Assembly: GCA_035623825.1 (NCBI GenBank)
Contig: DASPSR010000005.1
Coordinates: forward strand, 1-64,000
Direction: 5' to 3'
Length of the DNA stretch: 64,000 nt
From: Nitrospirota bacterium
GTDB lineage: Bacteria > Nitrospirota > UBA9217
The first letter of the stretch is position 1, and every line of letters starts with the position of its first letter. The notes below the pieces were generated by a model. That model saw nothing but the letters and a program-made list of their open reading frames with translations. It made no database searches and was not told the origin of the DNA. Shown here in pieces: positions 52,732 to 63,245 of this stretch. A program made the translations under genes and the position numbers.

Positions 52732-54375
52732 TTACTTCTCTTTCAGTGCTGCAGCCGGATAGTAATCACCATGGCCCGGGAATATGTACGCTTGCCCGCC
52801 ATGGACCCTCAATGTTTCGTCCAGAGAGAGAATCATTTCCTTCAACGAGGCAGCCTCTTCTTTATAGACCCTGGAATCGCTGTTTGGGCTCGTGAGTAGA
52901 TACCGATAGATGCCGAGGTATTCTTTTTCTTCGGATGACAGGCTCCGCATGTTCAGGAGAAAGTCCGAGGTGAAGAGCAGCCCGAATTCCCGGTTTAGGA
53001 AAAAGACCAGTCCAGGAGTGTGGCCGCCATGGCTTTCGAGAACTTCGAACCGGAGCGGGCCGACCGTAAAGGTGTCGATGGTCCAGAATGAGCCTGTCTC
53101 TTCTCGTTCTCTTGTAGAGAAGTGGTGCGGTTGGGACGGAAAGAGGCACTCCGTGAACCGGCTCGAAAGCCGCGTGTAGTATTTGTTCAGGTTCAGGAGG
53201 CTTCCCGAAATCCCGTGCGCCCGGTTCATATGAGTGATGACATCGGCGCTGCCTGGGTGCATGAAGACCGCCGTCCCGAACTCCTGTTCGAAGTATCCGG
53301 ACGCTCCGGCGTGGTCCGTGTCGGGATGGGTGACGTAGATCCGTCTCACCCATGCCGGGTCCATCCCCTGATTCCTGATGAGGCGCTTGATGTCTTCATA
53401 GTATATACCGTGGCCGGCGTCGATCATGGTCAGGTCGTCGCCATCGCGCAGCAAGTAGAAGTTCTCACTCGAAGGCAGACGGAACCCGAGGAGCGTTACC
53501 CAGTTGTGGAAGCGCAGCGGCCTCATCGGTGTCGCTGAGAAATTTTCGCCGATCCGGCTCCTCGATCGCGATGCAAACGAAAGCACCGTCTCGAACACGT
53601 CGCCTGCCTCGAGGTTATTACCGGCTTCCGTAGCAAAGTGCACCAGGTCCTGGTGCAGCTCCCGGGATGAGTCCACGAGGGATTTGATCTCCGCCACATC
53701 GCTCGATGGGAGGAGCTGCTTGAGACGGAGGAAAAATTTTTCGACCATCTTCAGGCCGATGATTCGCGATGCCTCCTCTTTGTTGCTGCCGCGGTACACG
53801 ACACGGTAGTGGTATCCTTTTTCGTTTATTGCCTGCAGGAGCGTGTTGATCTCCTGCGGGTTCGCGGCGGCCATGGCGATATCTGCGGACTCTGCGTCGA
53901 TGTCCTCATCATAAAGCATATAGATCACATTTGCATCGTGTTCGGCGAGAAGCCTGGCAAAGGACGCGAGGGAGCCGGGCTTGTTGACCAGACGGACCTT
54001 CACCTCGAGAATGCTTTCTACGGTCGTGACCAGCACCTCGTCCGGCGCGCAGCGCACGCTCTTGAAGCCGTACTCTTTCTCTTGCAGGGATTGCAGGAGT
54101 GCGTTCAGGCTGTCTTCCCCTCCGAGATGCACTGCAACGGCAACGCGGCTACTGTCCGTTGATCGATCGTAGTGGAAGAAGGAGATGTTCCCGCCGGTAT
54201 GAGCAATGGCAGTGGCGAAGGCGGCGAGGGATCCGGGACGATCGGGTAGATAGACGCGGAATTTGACGAGAAGTTCTCCCGACGTCAGGGCGTCAGTTCC
54301 GGCAGAGAGGCGGACCTGACGATACACCTTGAGAGGCGCTCGATCGCCAAAATCACTTTTCATGGAGATTTCCAT
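52732..54375 (-). CDS. Tandem ACT-domain metallo-beta-lactamase-fold hydrolase
   Basis: Two ACT motifs (LPDRPGSLA..GGNI; LVNKPGSLA..ANV); IDAG, THPDTDH, GGHTPG, TSD, PGHG. Confidence 0.8.
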   Translation of the reverse strand: MEISMKSDFGDRAPLKVYRQVRLSAGTDALTSGELLVKFRVYLPDRPGSLAAFATAIAHTGGNISFFHYDRSTDSSRVAVAVHLGGEDSLNALLQSLQEKEYGFKSVRCAPDEVLVTTVESILEVKVRLVNKPGSLASFARLLAEHDANVIYMLYDEDIDAESADIAMAAANPQEINTLLQAINEKGYHYRVVYRGSNKEEASRIIGLKMVEKFFLRLKQLLPSSDVAEIKSLVDSSRELHQDLVHFATEAGNNLEAGDVFETVLSFASRSRSRIGENFSATPMRPLRFHNWVTLLGFRLPSSENFYLLRDGDDLTMIDAGHGIYYEDIKRLIRNQGMDPAWVRRIYVTHPDTDHAGASGYFEQEFGTAVFMHPGSADVITHMNRAHGISGSLLNLNKYYTRLSSRFTECLFPSQPHHFSTREREETGSFWTIDTFTVGPLRFEVLESHGGHTPGLVFFLNREFGLLFTSDFLLNMRSLSSEEKEYLGIYRYLLTSPNSDSRVYKEEAASLKEMILSLDETLRVHGGQAYIFPGHGDYYPAAALKEK

Positions 54376-54520
54376 ATTTCTTTTCTTGCAGTGTCTTTCG
54401 TCAAAAAATCACCTTTTTCCTATTGCTCTCTGAAACGATAATTTGTATTATATCACCGCTTGCAAAGATTATGAACAGTTTCGTGACGTCACTACATTCC
54501 TTTTCATGATGCAGGGTCAA

Positions 54521-55291
54521 ATGGATACGGTAAGGATGTTGAGATGCGTTGCTTTTTTCATGTCTTGCACACTGGTCTTATCGGCCTGCGCTGCTAAAAG
54601 CTCCAATATTTCAGGAACACCGGGATCCGCAGCGCCGGGAGCAAAGGCATGGCAGAAGCCCTATACGGTCTTAGGGCAACGATATGAACCGCTGGAGAGC
54701 CACGAGGGGTTCGCCCAGACAGGGGTCGCGAGCTGGTACGGAAAGGATTTTCATGGGAAGACCACGAGTAACGGCGAGATCTATGATATGAACGCCATGA
54801 CCGCAGCGCACAAGACCTTACCGCTCGGCGTGTATGTAAAGGTATACAATAAGGACAATGGGCGGGAGGCAATCGTCCGTATCAATGATCGCGGGCCGTT
54901 TGTTAAGGGACGGATTATCGATCTCTCCTACGGCGCGGCAAAAAAGCTCGGCGTGGACATCGCCGGCACCGCGACAGTGCGGATCGAAGCGCTGGGGTAT
55001 CGCTCAGGTGGCTCCGACGGACAGGAGAAATATACAGGCCCCGCAAATTATGATGCCGGCAACTATACGGTTCAGATCGGCGCGTTTACGGACTATAAGA
55101 ATGCGGTGAGGCTCTCTGAAGAGATGAAGAAGATATTCACATTCTCCGAAATTCATACGGCAAATGTGAATGGCGAGCTTTTTTTCCGGGTTTATGCAGG
55201 CAGGTATTCGTCGTTGAAGTTTGCAGAGAAAGCGGAGAAGAATTTTTCCGAGCACGGATATCCCGGGAGTTTTGTCGTATCGCTTGACTGA
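54521..55291 (+). CDS. rlpA: Septal ring lytic transglycosylase RlpA with SPOR domain
   Basis: Lipobox LSAC, GVASWYG, TAAHKTLP, RINDRGPF, IIDLSY, VQIGAF. Confidence 0.92.
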   Translation: MDTVRMLRCVAFFMSCTLVLSACAAKSSNISGTPGSAAPGAKAWQKPYTVLGQRYEPLESHEGFAQTGVASWYGKDFHGKTTSNGEIYDMNAMTAAHKTLPLGVYVKVYNKDNGREAIVRINDRGPFVKGRIIDLSYGAAKKLGVDIAGTATVRIEALGYRSGGSDGQEKYTGPANYDAGNYTVQIGAFTDYKNAVRLSEEMKKIFTFSEIHTANVNGELFFRVYAGRYSSLKFAEKAEKNFSEHGYPGSFVVSLD

Positions 55292-55518
55292 CCAAGCAAG
55301 AATTATGACAGGATCATACCGAAACTGAGGTTTTTCCTTTTAGTGGCTACGTGCTGCTCAGCCAGCATCTGTTTTATCTCGCCGGCATTTCTTCCTGTCG
55401 GTTTGTAAAGATGATAATATTTCTGTTAGCCAGACAGGTCGCAGGATTCGTGAAGTTGTTATCACCGCCGTAAACCATACACGATCTGCGTTGTCGGTAA
55501 GGCCCCTTGGTGCTTATC

Positions 55519-58500
55519 CTAGGAGCGCGCGCACCACTCCCGTGCGTTCTGGAACATCCTGAGCCAGGGAGATGCAGTGAGGGATTTCTTGAGGTCTTCA
55601 GGGAGCCATCCCCACTGCCAAGTGAGCATAGTGCGCTCAGGATGGGGCATCATGGCGAGGTGGCGGCCGTCGGGCGAGCATAGGCCAGCGATGCCGGCAG
55701 GTGAGCCATTGGGGTTAAATGGATAGGCTTCGGTAATATTTGATTCATCATCCACGTAGCGTATGGGCGCGAGGCCGAACTCGCACTCGGCGAACATCTG
55801 TTTGTCCGGGAAGTAGGCTAGGCCTTCGCCATGGGCTACCCAAATGCCGAGCACGGAGTTCTCCATGCCTTTGAGCATGACGGAGGGGCTCTTTAATATT
55901 TTTACCGTCGTGAAGCGGGACTCGAATCGGCCGGACTGGTTGTGGATGAAACGCGGTTGTAGCTCGTCCGAAATGCCCCGCCAGGGCACCCAGCCTAATA
56001 GCGCCATGAGCTGACATCCATTGCACACCCCGAGGCTGAAGGTGTCGGGCCGATGGTAGAATTGCTCGAACTGATCCCACACCTTTTGGTTGAAGCGGAT
56101 GGACGCTGCCCAGCCCTTTGCCGAATCGAGCACATCGGCATAACTGAAACCGCCGACGAAGACCACACCACGGAACCGATCAAGTGTAGCGCGGCCTTCG
56201 AGCAGATCGGTCATCATCACGTCCCAGGGTTCGAAGCCCGCGAGATAGAACGCAGAGGCCATTTCCCGGTCGCCGTTACTCCCCTCTTCGCGGATGACTG
56301 CGACCTTAGGCTTGTTAGTATCCTGGAGGATCGACCGAGTCGTGGGCTTTGGATTGAAGGGGATGACAAATGATGGGCCCTTCCTATCATAGATATTATT
56401 TCGTTCCTCGCGGATGTTTTCGGGGTTTCTCTGCAGCAGATCAAGCCGATGGCTCGTCTCCTCCCAGATGTCACGGAGCATGAGCATATCTTCGTTCAGA
56501 ACATTCTTCCAGCTTACGGACAGCTTGATTTTTTTAACAACGGTTGTTGTGCCGCAGACCATATTCGGGACATCTGCCTTGTTCAGGATCCGGCAGATCG
56601 CGGACTCATTCTCCGGAAGATATTCGATCACGAGCCCTGCTTCCTCAGAGAACAGGACCGAAATCGGATCTTTGCTATGCATGATTTCGGACGGGAGATT
56701 GACCTCGATGCCGCAATTACCGGCGAATGCCATTTCGAGGAGCGTGGTGATGAGACCACCGTCGGAACGGTCATGGCCTGAGAGCACCAGTCCTTTCTTG
56801 ATCAGCGTCTGGATCGCGTTGAATGCACGCTTCAGAAGTGCGGGATCGTCAATGTCAGGCGGATCGTTCCCCACTTGGCCATAGACCTGAGCAAGCGCAG
56901 ATCCGCCGAGACGGCTCTTTCCCCCCGAGAGATCTATGAACAGGAGCTTTCCCCTTCCCGGCGCCTTAAGATCCGGCGTAACGGTCTTGGTGATGTCGGG
57001 ACAGGTGGCGTAAGCGGATATGACGAGTGTGCCCGGTGACTTCACGGTCTCGCTCGTCCCGTCGGATTTCTTGACCTTGGCCGCCATGGAAAGGCTGTCC
57101 TTGCCTCCATCGACCGCGATTCCAAGCTTTATCATAATGTCCCGCATGGCAACAGCAGCATCGTAAAGACGGCTGCCCTCGCCCGGGAGCTTGGGCGCCC
57201 ACATCCAGTTGCCCGAGCATCGAATGTCTTCAAGGGCGCTCAACTCGGCCCAGACGATGTTCGTGAGCGCTTCACCAACACTCATGCGCGCCATGGCTGC
57301 GGGATCGATCAATTCCTTCACCGGCTGCTCACCGATGGCGATGGCGGCGCCCGTTATCCCGAAGTGGGACTGGGCGATAACGGCCACGTCCGCGACCGTG
57401 AGCTGGAGCGGACCAGAGCACTGTTGACGTGCGATAAGGCCCGTTACCGAACGGTCAACCTTGTTCGTGAGGAATCGTTTGGAGCCCACGGAGAGCAACC
57501 GCAAAACGCGGTCGAGGGCCTTGCGTACGGTAAGGCCCTTGGGGAGTTCGAGCGGTCTGAGCGTCGGCATCTTGCCATCCAGCCTGAAAACCTTTTGTGG
57601 CATATCACCGAGCACTTTTGCGAGCTCGAGGCTCTCGGGCATCGAATCATTCGTCTCGTCGTTGAGCACAATGTAACCGTCTCCTGTGACCCTGCCGATC
57701 ACGGCCATAGGCACTTTCTCTCGATCGCAGAGCGAGCGAAAGAGACGTTCATGTTCTGATTTGAGAAGAAGTGCATTCTGTTCCTGGTACTCCGCGCCCC
57801 ATATCTCGAGCACCGAGAGTGTATTGTCACCGACCCGAATCTTCCTGATATCGATCTTCGCACCAGCCGGGTGCACGATCTCCTTCACCACGTTGCAGTT
57901 GCCACCCGCCCCTTGATCGTGAATGCTCTGGATCGGGTTCTTCTCCCCAAACTCCACACAAGCGCGTATGACGCGGTTCAGCTTCTGCTCCATCTCGGCG
58001 TCACCACGCTGCACCGCATTGAAGTCAAGTTCAGCGATGTTTTCGCCCTGGATCATAGAAGAGGCAGCGCCGCCCCCCATGCCAATGCGGTAAGCCGGAC
58101 CTCCGACCTTGACCACAAGCATCCCCTTCCGCGCTGCCGTCTTGTCTGTATGTCGGCTGTCCATCTGGCCCACGCCGCCGCTGAACATGATCGGTTTGAT
58201 CCATTCCCGGCGCTCACCATCGGGCATCCGGAGACCGAAGGATCGTGTAAAGCCCTGGATCACGGGCTCGCCAAACTTGTTTCCGTAGTCCGAAGCGCCG
58301 TTACTCGCTTCAACCTCGATCTGAAGAGGAGATGCGAGGTTATGCGGATATGCATAGGATGCATCTTCCCATGGGAGCACGTAGCCGGGGATGAGGAGAT
58401 TGCCCACACAGTATGCGGCCGTACCGGCGATCACGAGACCCCCCGTGCCTGTCGCTTGGACGTCACGGATACGCCCGCCTGTACCGGTCTCTGCGCCGGG

Positions 58501-59502
58501 AAACGGCGCCACGCCGGATGGAAAGTTGTGTGTTTCAGCGGTAAAGATGATATGGTATTTACGCCGCATTTCGCGGAACGCTGAGGGCTTGCCGACGATC
58601 TCAGGGATAATGGTATTGATATCGTATCCTTTGATCGCGCTCGAGTTATCACTGAAGGCGATGACGCTGTTGTTTCTGTTCGCTTCGTAGGTGGACTTTA
58701 CAATCTTCATCAAGGTCTCGGGGACTTCCTTGCCGTTGACGATGAGCCTGCCGCGGAAGAACCAGTGGCGCGAGTGCTCGCTGTTCGACTGCGACAAATC
58801 GAAGCACTCCACATTTGTGGGGTTGCGCTTGATCTCGTTCTTAAATAGGTTTGTGTAATAGTCTAGGTCCCAATCATCGAGCCCGAGACCCATCTCACGG
58901 TTGATCTTTTCGAGGGCGGCTCTTCCCTGCGAAATGATTGGAATGATGCGTACGGGTTCGGGCTTGATTCCGGTTTCGAAGGTCGTGAGAGGTTTCGGAT
59001 ACGGGCACTCGGTCATGCGGTCGTGAACAAGGGACAGGAAAGAGGCTCGTTGATCTTGGCTCAGGACTCCTTGGTCAGCGAGATCGAGGCGGTATCGCCG
59101 GGAACGCTCGATCCTCGAAATTTTCTTGAGGCCACTGGCGTGGCAGATCGAAACAGCGTTCGTTGACCAAGCAGTTGTGAAGTTCATACGGGGCCCGACT
59201 TCTAAAATCAAAGGACGAGAGATAAGAGACGCTGGACGAGTTATGAAGCTCTTACCGGAAAAATTTTCAGGCTCGAAGGTCTCGGCAAGAAGCCAACGCA
59301 GGAGACGCATCTCGTCCTCTGTGAGCATGCTGTCGGCGGAGACGTTAAAGCAAAACTCAGTCTCGATCCCACGGATGGAGGGAGAGACCTTTTCTTGTGC
59401 GGACGCAAGCAGGCCCGCTGCCTGATAGGCTGAAAGCGCCGGGGTACGGAAGAGATGAAAGAGCGTCATTTGGTTTTTGTACGACAGAGCTTTCATGGTC
59501 AC
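55519..59502 (-). CDS. purL: Phosphoribosylformylglycinamidine synthase, large single-chain type
   Basis: SNSEHSRH, ETHNFP, GGRIRD, HDQGAGG, GGKDSLSM, HDRSDGG; glutaminase GVCNGCQ and MMPHPER. Confidence 0.96.
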   Translation of the reverse strand: MTMKALSYKNQMTLFHLFRTPALSAYQAAGLLASAQEKVSPSIRGIETEFCFNVSADSMLTEDEMRLLRWLLAETFEPENFSGKSFITRPASLISRPLILEVGPRMNFTTAWSTNAVSICHASGLKKISRIERSRRYRLDLADQGVLSQDQRASFLSLVHDRMTECPYPKPLTTFETGIKPEPVRIIPIISQGRAALEKINREMGLGLDDWDLDYYTNLFKNEIKRNPTNVECFDLSQSNSEHSRHWFFRGRLIVNGKEVPETLMKIVKSTYEANRNNSVIAFSDNSSAIKGYDINTIIPEIVGKPSAFREMRRKYHIIFTAETHNFPSGVAPFPGAETGTGGRIRDVQATGTGGLVIAGTAAYCVGNLLIPGYVLPWEDASYAYPHNLASPLQIEVEASNGASDYGNKFGEPVIQGFTRSFGLRMPDGERREWIKPIMFSGGVGQMDSRHTDKTAARKGMLVVKVGGPAYRIGMGGGAASSMIQGENIAELDFNAVQRGDAEMEQKLNRVIRACVEFGEKNPIQSIHDQGAGGNCNVVKEIVHPAGAKIDIRKIRVGDNTLSVLEIWGAEYQEQNALLLKSEHERLFRSLCDREKVPMAVIGRVTGDGYIVLNDETNDSMPESLELAKVLGDMPQKVFRLDGKMPTLRPLELPKGLTVRKALDRVLRLLSVGSKRFLTNKVDRSVTGLIARQQCSGPLQLTVADVAVIAQSHFGITGAAIAIGEQPVKELIDPAAMARMSVGEALTNIVWAELSALEDIRCSGNWMWAPKLPGEGSRLYDAAVAMRDIMIKLGIAVDGGKDSLSMAAKVKKSDGTSETVKSPGTLVISAYATCPDITKTVTPDLKAPGRGKLLFIDLSGGKSRLGGSALAQVYGQVGNDPPDIDDPALLKRAFNAIQTLIKKGLVLSGHDRSDGGLITTLLEMAFAGNCGIEVNLPSEIMHSKDPISVLFSEEAGLVIEYLPENESAICRILNKADVPNMVCGTTTVVKKIKLSVSWKNVLNEDMLMLRDIWEETSHRLDLLQRNPENIREERNNIYDRKGPSFVIPFNPKPTTRSILQDTNKPKVAVIREEGSNGDREMASAFYLAGFEPWDVMMTDLLEGRATLDRFRGVVFVGGFSYADVLDSAKGWAASIRFNQKVWDQFEQFYHRPDTFSLGVCNGCQLMALLGWVPWRGISDELQPRFIHNQSGRFESRFTTVKILKSPSVMLKGMENSVLGIWVAHGEGLAYFPDKQMFAECEFGLAPIRYVDDESNITEAYPFNPNGSPAGIAGLCSPDGRHLAMMPHPERTMLTWQWGWLPEDLKKSLTASPWLRMFQNAREWCARS

Positions 59503-59735
59503 CCTGTCTGCAAGGGCTTCAAATTCAGGATTTTTCTTATGTGCGCCGTAGAACCCGTCGCATCAGGGTTATATAAGACGCTGGCTGCGTTGTAAACAAT
59601 ATGTACTTTATGTACTTTTCTACCAGACAGGTGAACAAACGTTCACTTACTGGATATGATAAATAAAATGGTTAAAGAGCCCGACCTGCAAAACGATGAC
59701 CTTCGCAGGCAAGGCATTAGTAACTGACGAGCATG

Positions 59736-60131
59736 TCAACGTTCTGTTAGAGATACGACCTTCTGCTCAGCAGCTTTCTTTTCGCCCGCCATCTCGCTCT
59801 TGCCGTCAAATGTGACGCCCTCCTCAATGATGAGCTTGGGCGTCTTAATATTTCCCTGAACGATGCCAGGTGCGATGATATGCACTTTCTGGTTCGCGTT
59901 GACGTTGCCGACGATCTTGCCGCTGCTAATGATCGTGCCGACGGTGATCTCTCCCTGGAGGAAGGCGCCATCACCTGCAATAAGGGTATCTTTGGAAACA
60001 ACCTCTCCCTCCACTTTGCCGTCGACGCGGATTGTACCCTCGAAGCTGAGTACGCCCTTGAACTCCGTGCCCTTTCCCAAGAATGCCGTGATCTCCGCTT
60101 GCTCTGGTGTGCCTGAACCTTTCTTTAGCAT
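59736..60131 (-). CDS. Bactofilin (polymer-forming cytoskeletal protein)
   Basis: FLGKGTEFKGVLSFEGTIRVDGKVEG...IIEEGVTFDG beta-helix repeats. Confidence 0.9.
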   Translation of the reverse strand: MLKKGSGTPEQAEITAFLGKGTEFKGVLSFEGTIRVDGKVEGEVVSKDTLIAGDGAFLQGEITVGTIISSGKIVGNVNANQKVHIIAPGIVQGNIKTPKLIIEEGVTFDGKSEMAGEKKAAEQKVVSLTER

Positions 60132-60302
60132 TTATATATCCTCCTCAAAAATAATTCAATACGGTCAACACCTCGAGACGCAGATTCGACGAGAAAAACG
60201 GCAACGAAGCGTTCTCGGGCATGGAACAAGTAAAAGAGTTCATTACGGCGTCTTTTCGCGGTCCCTGCATAAACTTTCTCAAAGTTCATTTGTGCTGTAA
60301 TT

Positions 60303-61151
60303 TCAGCAGATTTTCTCCAGTATCCTTTCCAGCTCTTCAGTGGAATAATACGCCACCACAATCCTGCCGCCCTTTGATTTAGCGGTTATGATTACCTTGG
60401 TGCCGAGCGCCTTCCTGAGCTTTTCTTCGACAGATTTCAGCTCGTAGCTCAGCCTCGCCTTTTTCTCCTTTGGTGGTGGGTTTTTGAGTCGGGAAGAGAG
60501 CATTTCGGCTTCGCGCACTGAGAGCCCCTTCTTCACAATCATGACGGCAACATGCATTTGGTCCCGCACGCGTTCGAGTGACAAGAGCGCCTTTGCGTGA
60601 CCCATGGTGAGCGCGCCCGTTGCCAGCTCCTGTTTTATCTCTTTGGGCAGCCCGAGTAGACGCAGGAAGTTCGTTACGGTAGAGCGTTCTTTACCGACCC
60701 GCTTTGCGAGATCTTCCTGCGTGAGCTTGAACTCATCTTGGAGGCGCTTGTATGCTTCGGCTGCTTCAAGCGGGTTCAGGTCCTCGCGCTGTATGTTCTC
60801 TATCAGCGCCATCTCAAGGAGCTCCCGCTTGGTCGCCTCCTTGACGAGGGCAGGAACGGTCTTGAGCCCCGCGAGTCTTGATGCGCGCCAGCGGCGCTCT
60901 CCGGCGATTAACTGGTAACCAGCGCCAGCCCGGTGCACAATAACGGGCTGAATCACCCCCTGCTCTTTGATCGATGCCGCGAGTTCCCGGAGTTTTTCAT
61001 CATTGAAAACTTTGCGGGGCTGATACTCGTTCGGAATGATCTTGTCCAGCTCGATCTCGATGATGCCAAGCGCTTTTTTCTCCTTGTCATCGAGTACGGA
61101 CAAGTCAGGGATGAGCGCGCCGAGCCCCTTACCGAGCGCCTGTTTTTGCAT
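60303..61151 (-). CDS. parB: Chromosome partitioning protein ParB
   Basis: [34 protein letters not shown]. Confidence 0.96.
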   Translation of the reverse strand: MQKQALGKGLGALIPDLSVLDDKEKKALGIIEIELDKIIPNEYQPRKVFNDEKLRELAASIKEQGVIQPVIVHRAGAGYQLIAGERRWRASRLAGLKTVPALVKEATKRELLEMALIENIQREDLNPLEAAEAYKRLQDEFKLTQEDLAKRVGKERSTVTNFLRLLGLPKEIKQELATGALTMGHAKALLSLERVRDQMHVAVMIVKKGLSVREAEMLSSRLKNPPPKEKKARLSYELKSVEEKLRKALGTKVIITAKSKGGRIVVAYYSTEELERILEKIC

Positions 61152-61905
61152 GGCCGATAACCTCCTTTGCGAGCTCAAGATAGCTCTGCGCACCCCGAGA
61201 CCGGATGTCGTACAGCAACACAGGCTTGCCGTGGCTCGGCGCTTCGCTCAGGGCCACGTTCCGGTGAATGACAGTCGTGTAAACCTTGTCGCCGAAATAT
61301 TTTCGTACTTCCTGCGCCACCTGTTCGGCGAGATTGTTCCTGACGTCATACATGGTGAGAAGCACTCCTTCGATAACGAGGTCCGGATTCAGGTCCTGTT
61401 TTATGAGCTTGACGGTGTTCATGAGCGCCGTCAGGCCCTCAAGTGCGTAGTACTCACACTGCACCGGGATGATCACCCCGTCGGCTGCGGTCAAGGCGTT
61501 CACTGTGAGAAGGCCGAGGGACGGTGGGCAGTCAATGAAGATGTAATCGTAGTTGTCCCGAACAGGTGCGAGTGCCCTCTTGAGCACCCTCTCCCGTGAG
61601 ATCATCTGGATGAGTTCCACCTCAACCCCTACCAAGTCTATTTTCGCAGGAACGACCTCAAGCCAGGGGAAATGCGTCGATTTTTTGATCTCTTGGAGCG
61701 ACCGTTTGCCGGTGAAAAGGTCGTAGGTACTGCTGGATAGCTCGTTCCTGTCGATCCCCATGCCGCTCGTGGAATTGCCCTGGGGATCCGAATCGATGAG
61801 GAGCACGCTTTTTTCAGCGGCGGCCATGGATGCTGCTATGTTCACAGTGGTCGTGGTCTTGCCCACGCCCCCCTTCTGATTGGCTATTGCTATGACCCTG
61901 CCCAT
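61129..61905 (-). CDS. parA: Chromosome partitioning ATPase ParA/Soj
   Basis: [30 protein letters not shown]. Confidence 0.96.
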   Translation of the reverse strand: MGRVIAIANQKGGVGKTTTTVNIAASMAAAEKSVLLIDSDPQGNSTSGMGIDRNELSSSTYDLFTGKRSLQEIKKSTHFPWLEVVPAKIDLVGVEVELIQMISRERVLKRALAPVRDNYDYIFIDCPPSLGLLTVNALTAADGVIIPVQCEYYALEGLTALMNTVKLIKQDLNPDLVIEGVLLTMYDVRNNLAEQVAQEVRKYFGDKVYTTVIHRNVALSEAPSHGKPVLLYDIRSRGAQSYLELAKEVIGHAKTGAR

Positions 61906-62073
61906 GCTTCTCTCCACCTCCGGTGCTGTTTAAAACTTTATCAGTTTACCATAGGATAATGATAAAAGGAAGAAAAAACTCGGCAATATTAATCCAAAGG
62001 GGACGCTCCGGCATTACATTCTTTGCTTTTCTGCGTTGCCAGCGTTCTCTGCATTTACGCTCCGGTTCTGCTA

Positions 62074-62089
62074 TGTTCCACGTGGAACA
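62074..62089. promoter_or_regulatory. parS site
   Basis: Perfect palindrome TGTTCCACGTGGAACA, extended to 24 bp (62070-62093). Confidence 0.92.
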
Positions 62090-62093
62090 TAGC

Positions 62094-63161
62094 TCAGATT
62101 TGCCCAAGTTCTGTTCCAGAGGGGTTGACACGGATGGAGCCCAGCGATATTTGCCGGACCAGTGAGGTGTCACGAACAGGAGTGATCACCCTTATTGCCA
62201 TTTCCTTCAGGTCGATTGCACGCAGGATGCCGATACCCAAGCAAATATTCCGGTCGTCATTAAGCCCCACAAGCAAATGGTCTATCTCAGATCGCTTGAG
62301 AATCTCGACCTCACGAACTTTGTATTGTTCCTTGGCCGTGTAAAGTTCCTCGCCTGCGTACTCGCCCTCGATCATAAGGAACAGTCGGTCGGCGGAGAGA
62401 TCGGCATAAATCACGATGCCATTGAAGATCTTCGAGAGCCGGTTGATATCGCGGAATCCAAGCCGCTCGCCGGTACACAGGCCCGGACCGTGGACGCCAA
62501 CATCGTTCAGGGCGATTTCATGAAAGTCAGCTCCCCGAAAGTATTCCTTGAATCTTAGTTCTCGCATTGCTTGTCGCGACTCACGGGTCGAAACCCTTGC
62601 ATCTGGCGAAACAGGAAGCCGATGGATGAGCAGGCCTGCCCTATGCGAGTGCGGTGAGAGAAGGTGGTCCACTTCGTTTCCCTTTTGTAGAGCGATTACG
62701 TACCGGGGCGCGATCATATCTATCTCATGGAACTTGAGTTCCCGTGCAGCGCCGCCATTCACCAGACCGCAGGTGTTGATCAGGATAAGGTCTGGTTTGA
62801 GGGACTGGGCCAGCGAGTACAGCTTCTGGAGACCCGATATCATTTCAAGCAAGCGGCCTACCGGCGAGGTATTGCCGATGAAGCCCATCGCTAGCGGGTT
62901 CTTTCTCTTGAGCAGGTCTGAAGCGTGGGCGTACGGGGTGAGCGATATCACGGTAGGTGGCCCGATAAAAGGCTGGCCAGGGTCGGCATCTATCCATGCC
63001 ATTCTTCTGCCTGCTCTACAGAGAAGTCCGGCAAGGTAGAGGCAGAACGTAGTCTTACCAGAGCCCGGCGCGCCGACAACCAGCACCGGCCCGCCTTGAA
63101 AGCCGATTTCCTCGGCAACCTCCCGCCATTCAGGCGGTATTTTAAGTGCTCCTTCTATCAC
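62094..63161 (-). CDS. Clp1/Nol9/Grc3-like polynucleotide 5'-hydroxyl kinase
   Basis: Walker A GAPGSGKTT, DADPGQPFIGPP, LINTCG, RQAMRELRFKEYF lid, C-terminal LVGL..CLGIG..VITP. Confidence 0.82.
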   Translation of the reverse strand: MIEGALKIPPEWREVAEEIGFQGGPVLVVGAPGSGKTTFCLYLAGLLCRAGRRMAWIDADPGQPFIGPPTVISLTPYAHASDLLKRKNPLAMGFIGNTSPVGRLLEMISGLQKLYSLAQSLKPDLILINTCGLVNGGAARELKFHEIDMIAPRYVIALQKGNEVDHLLSPHSHRAGLLIHRLPVSPDARVSTRESRQAMRELRFKEYFRGADFHEIALNDVGVHGPGLCTGERLGFRDINRLSKIFNGIVIYADLSADRLFLMIEGEYAGEELYTAKEQYKVREVEILKRSEIDHLLVGLNDDRNICLGIGILRAIDLKEMAIRVITPVRDTSLVRQISLGSIRVNPSGTELGQI

Positions 63162-63228
63162 GGTGATTCTCGATTTTTCGTTTTAAACTTCCACGAACCC
63201 TAGTCCCACAGGCCACTACGTGGGCGAA

Positions 63229-63244
63229 TGTTCCACGTGGAACA
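63229..63244. promoter_or_regulatory. parS site
   Basis: Perfect palindrome TGTTCCACGTGGAACA directly after the rsmG stop codon. Confidence 0.92.
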
Positions 63245-63245
63245 C

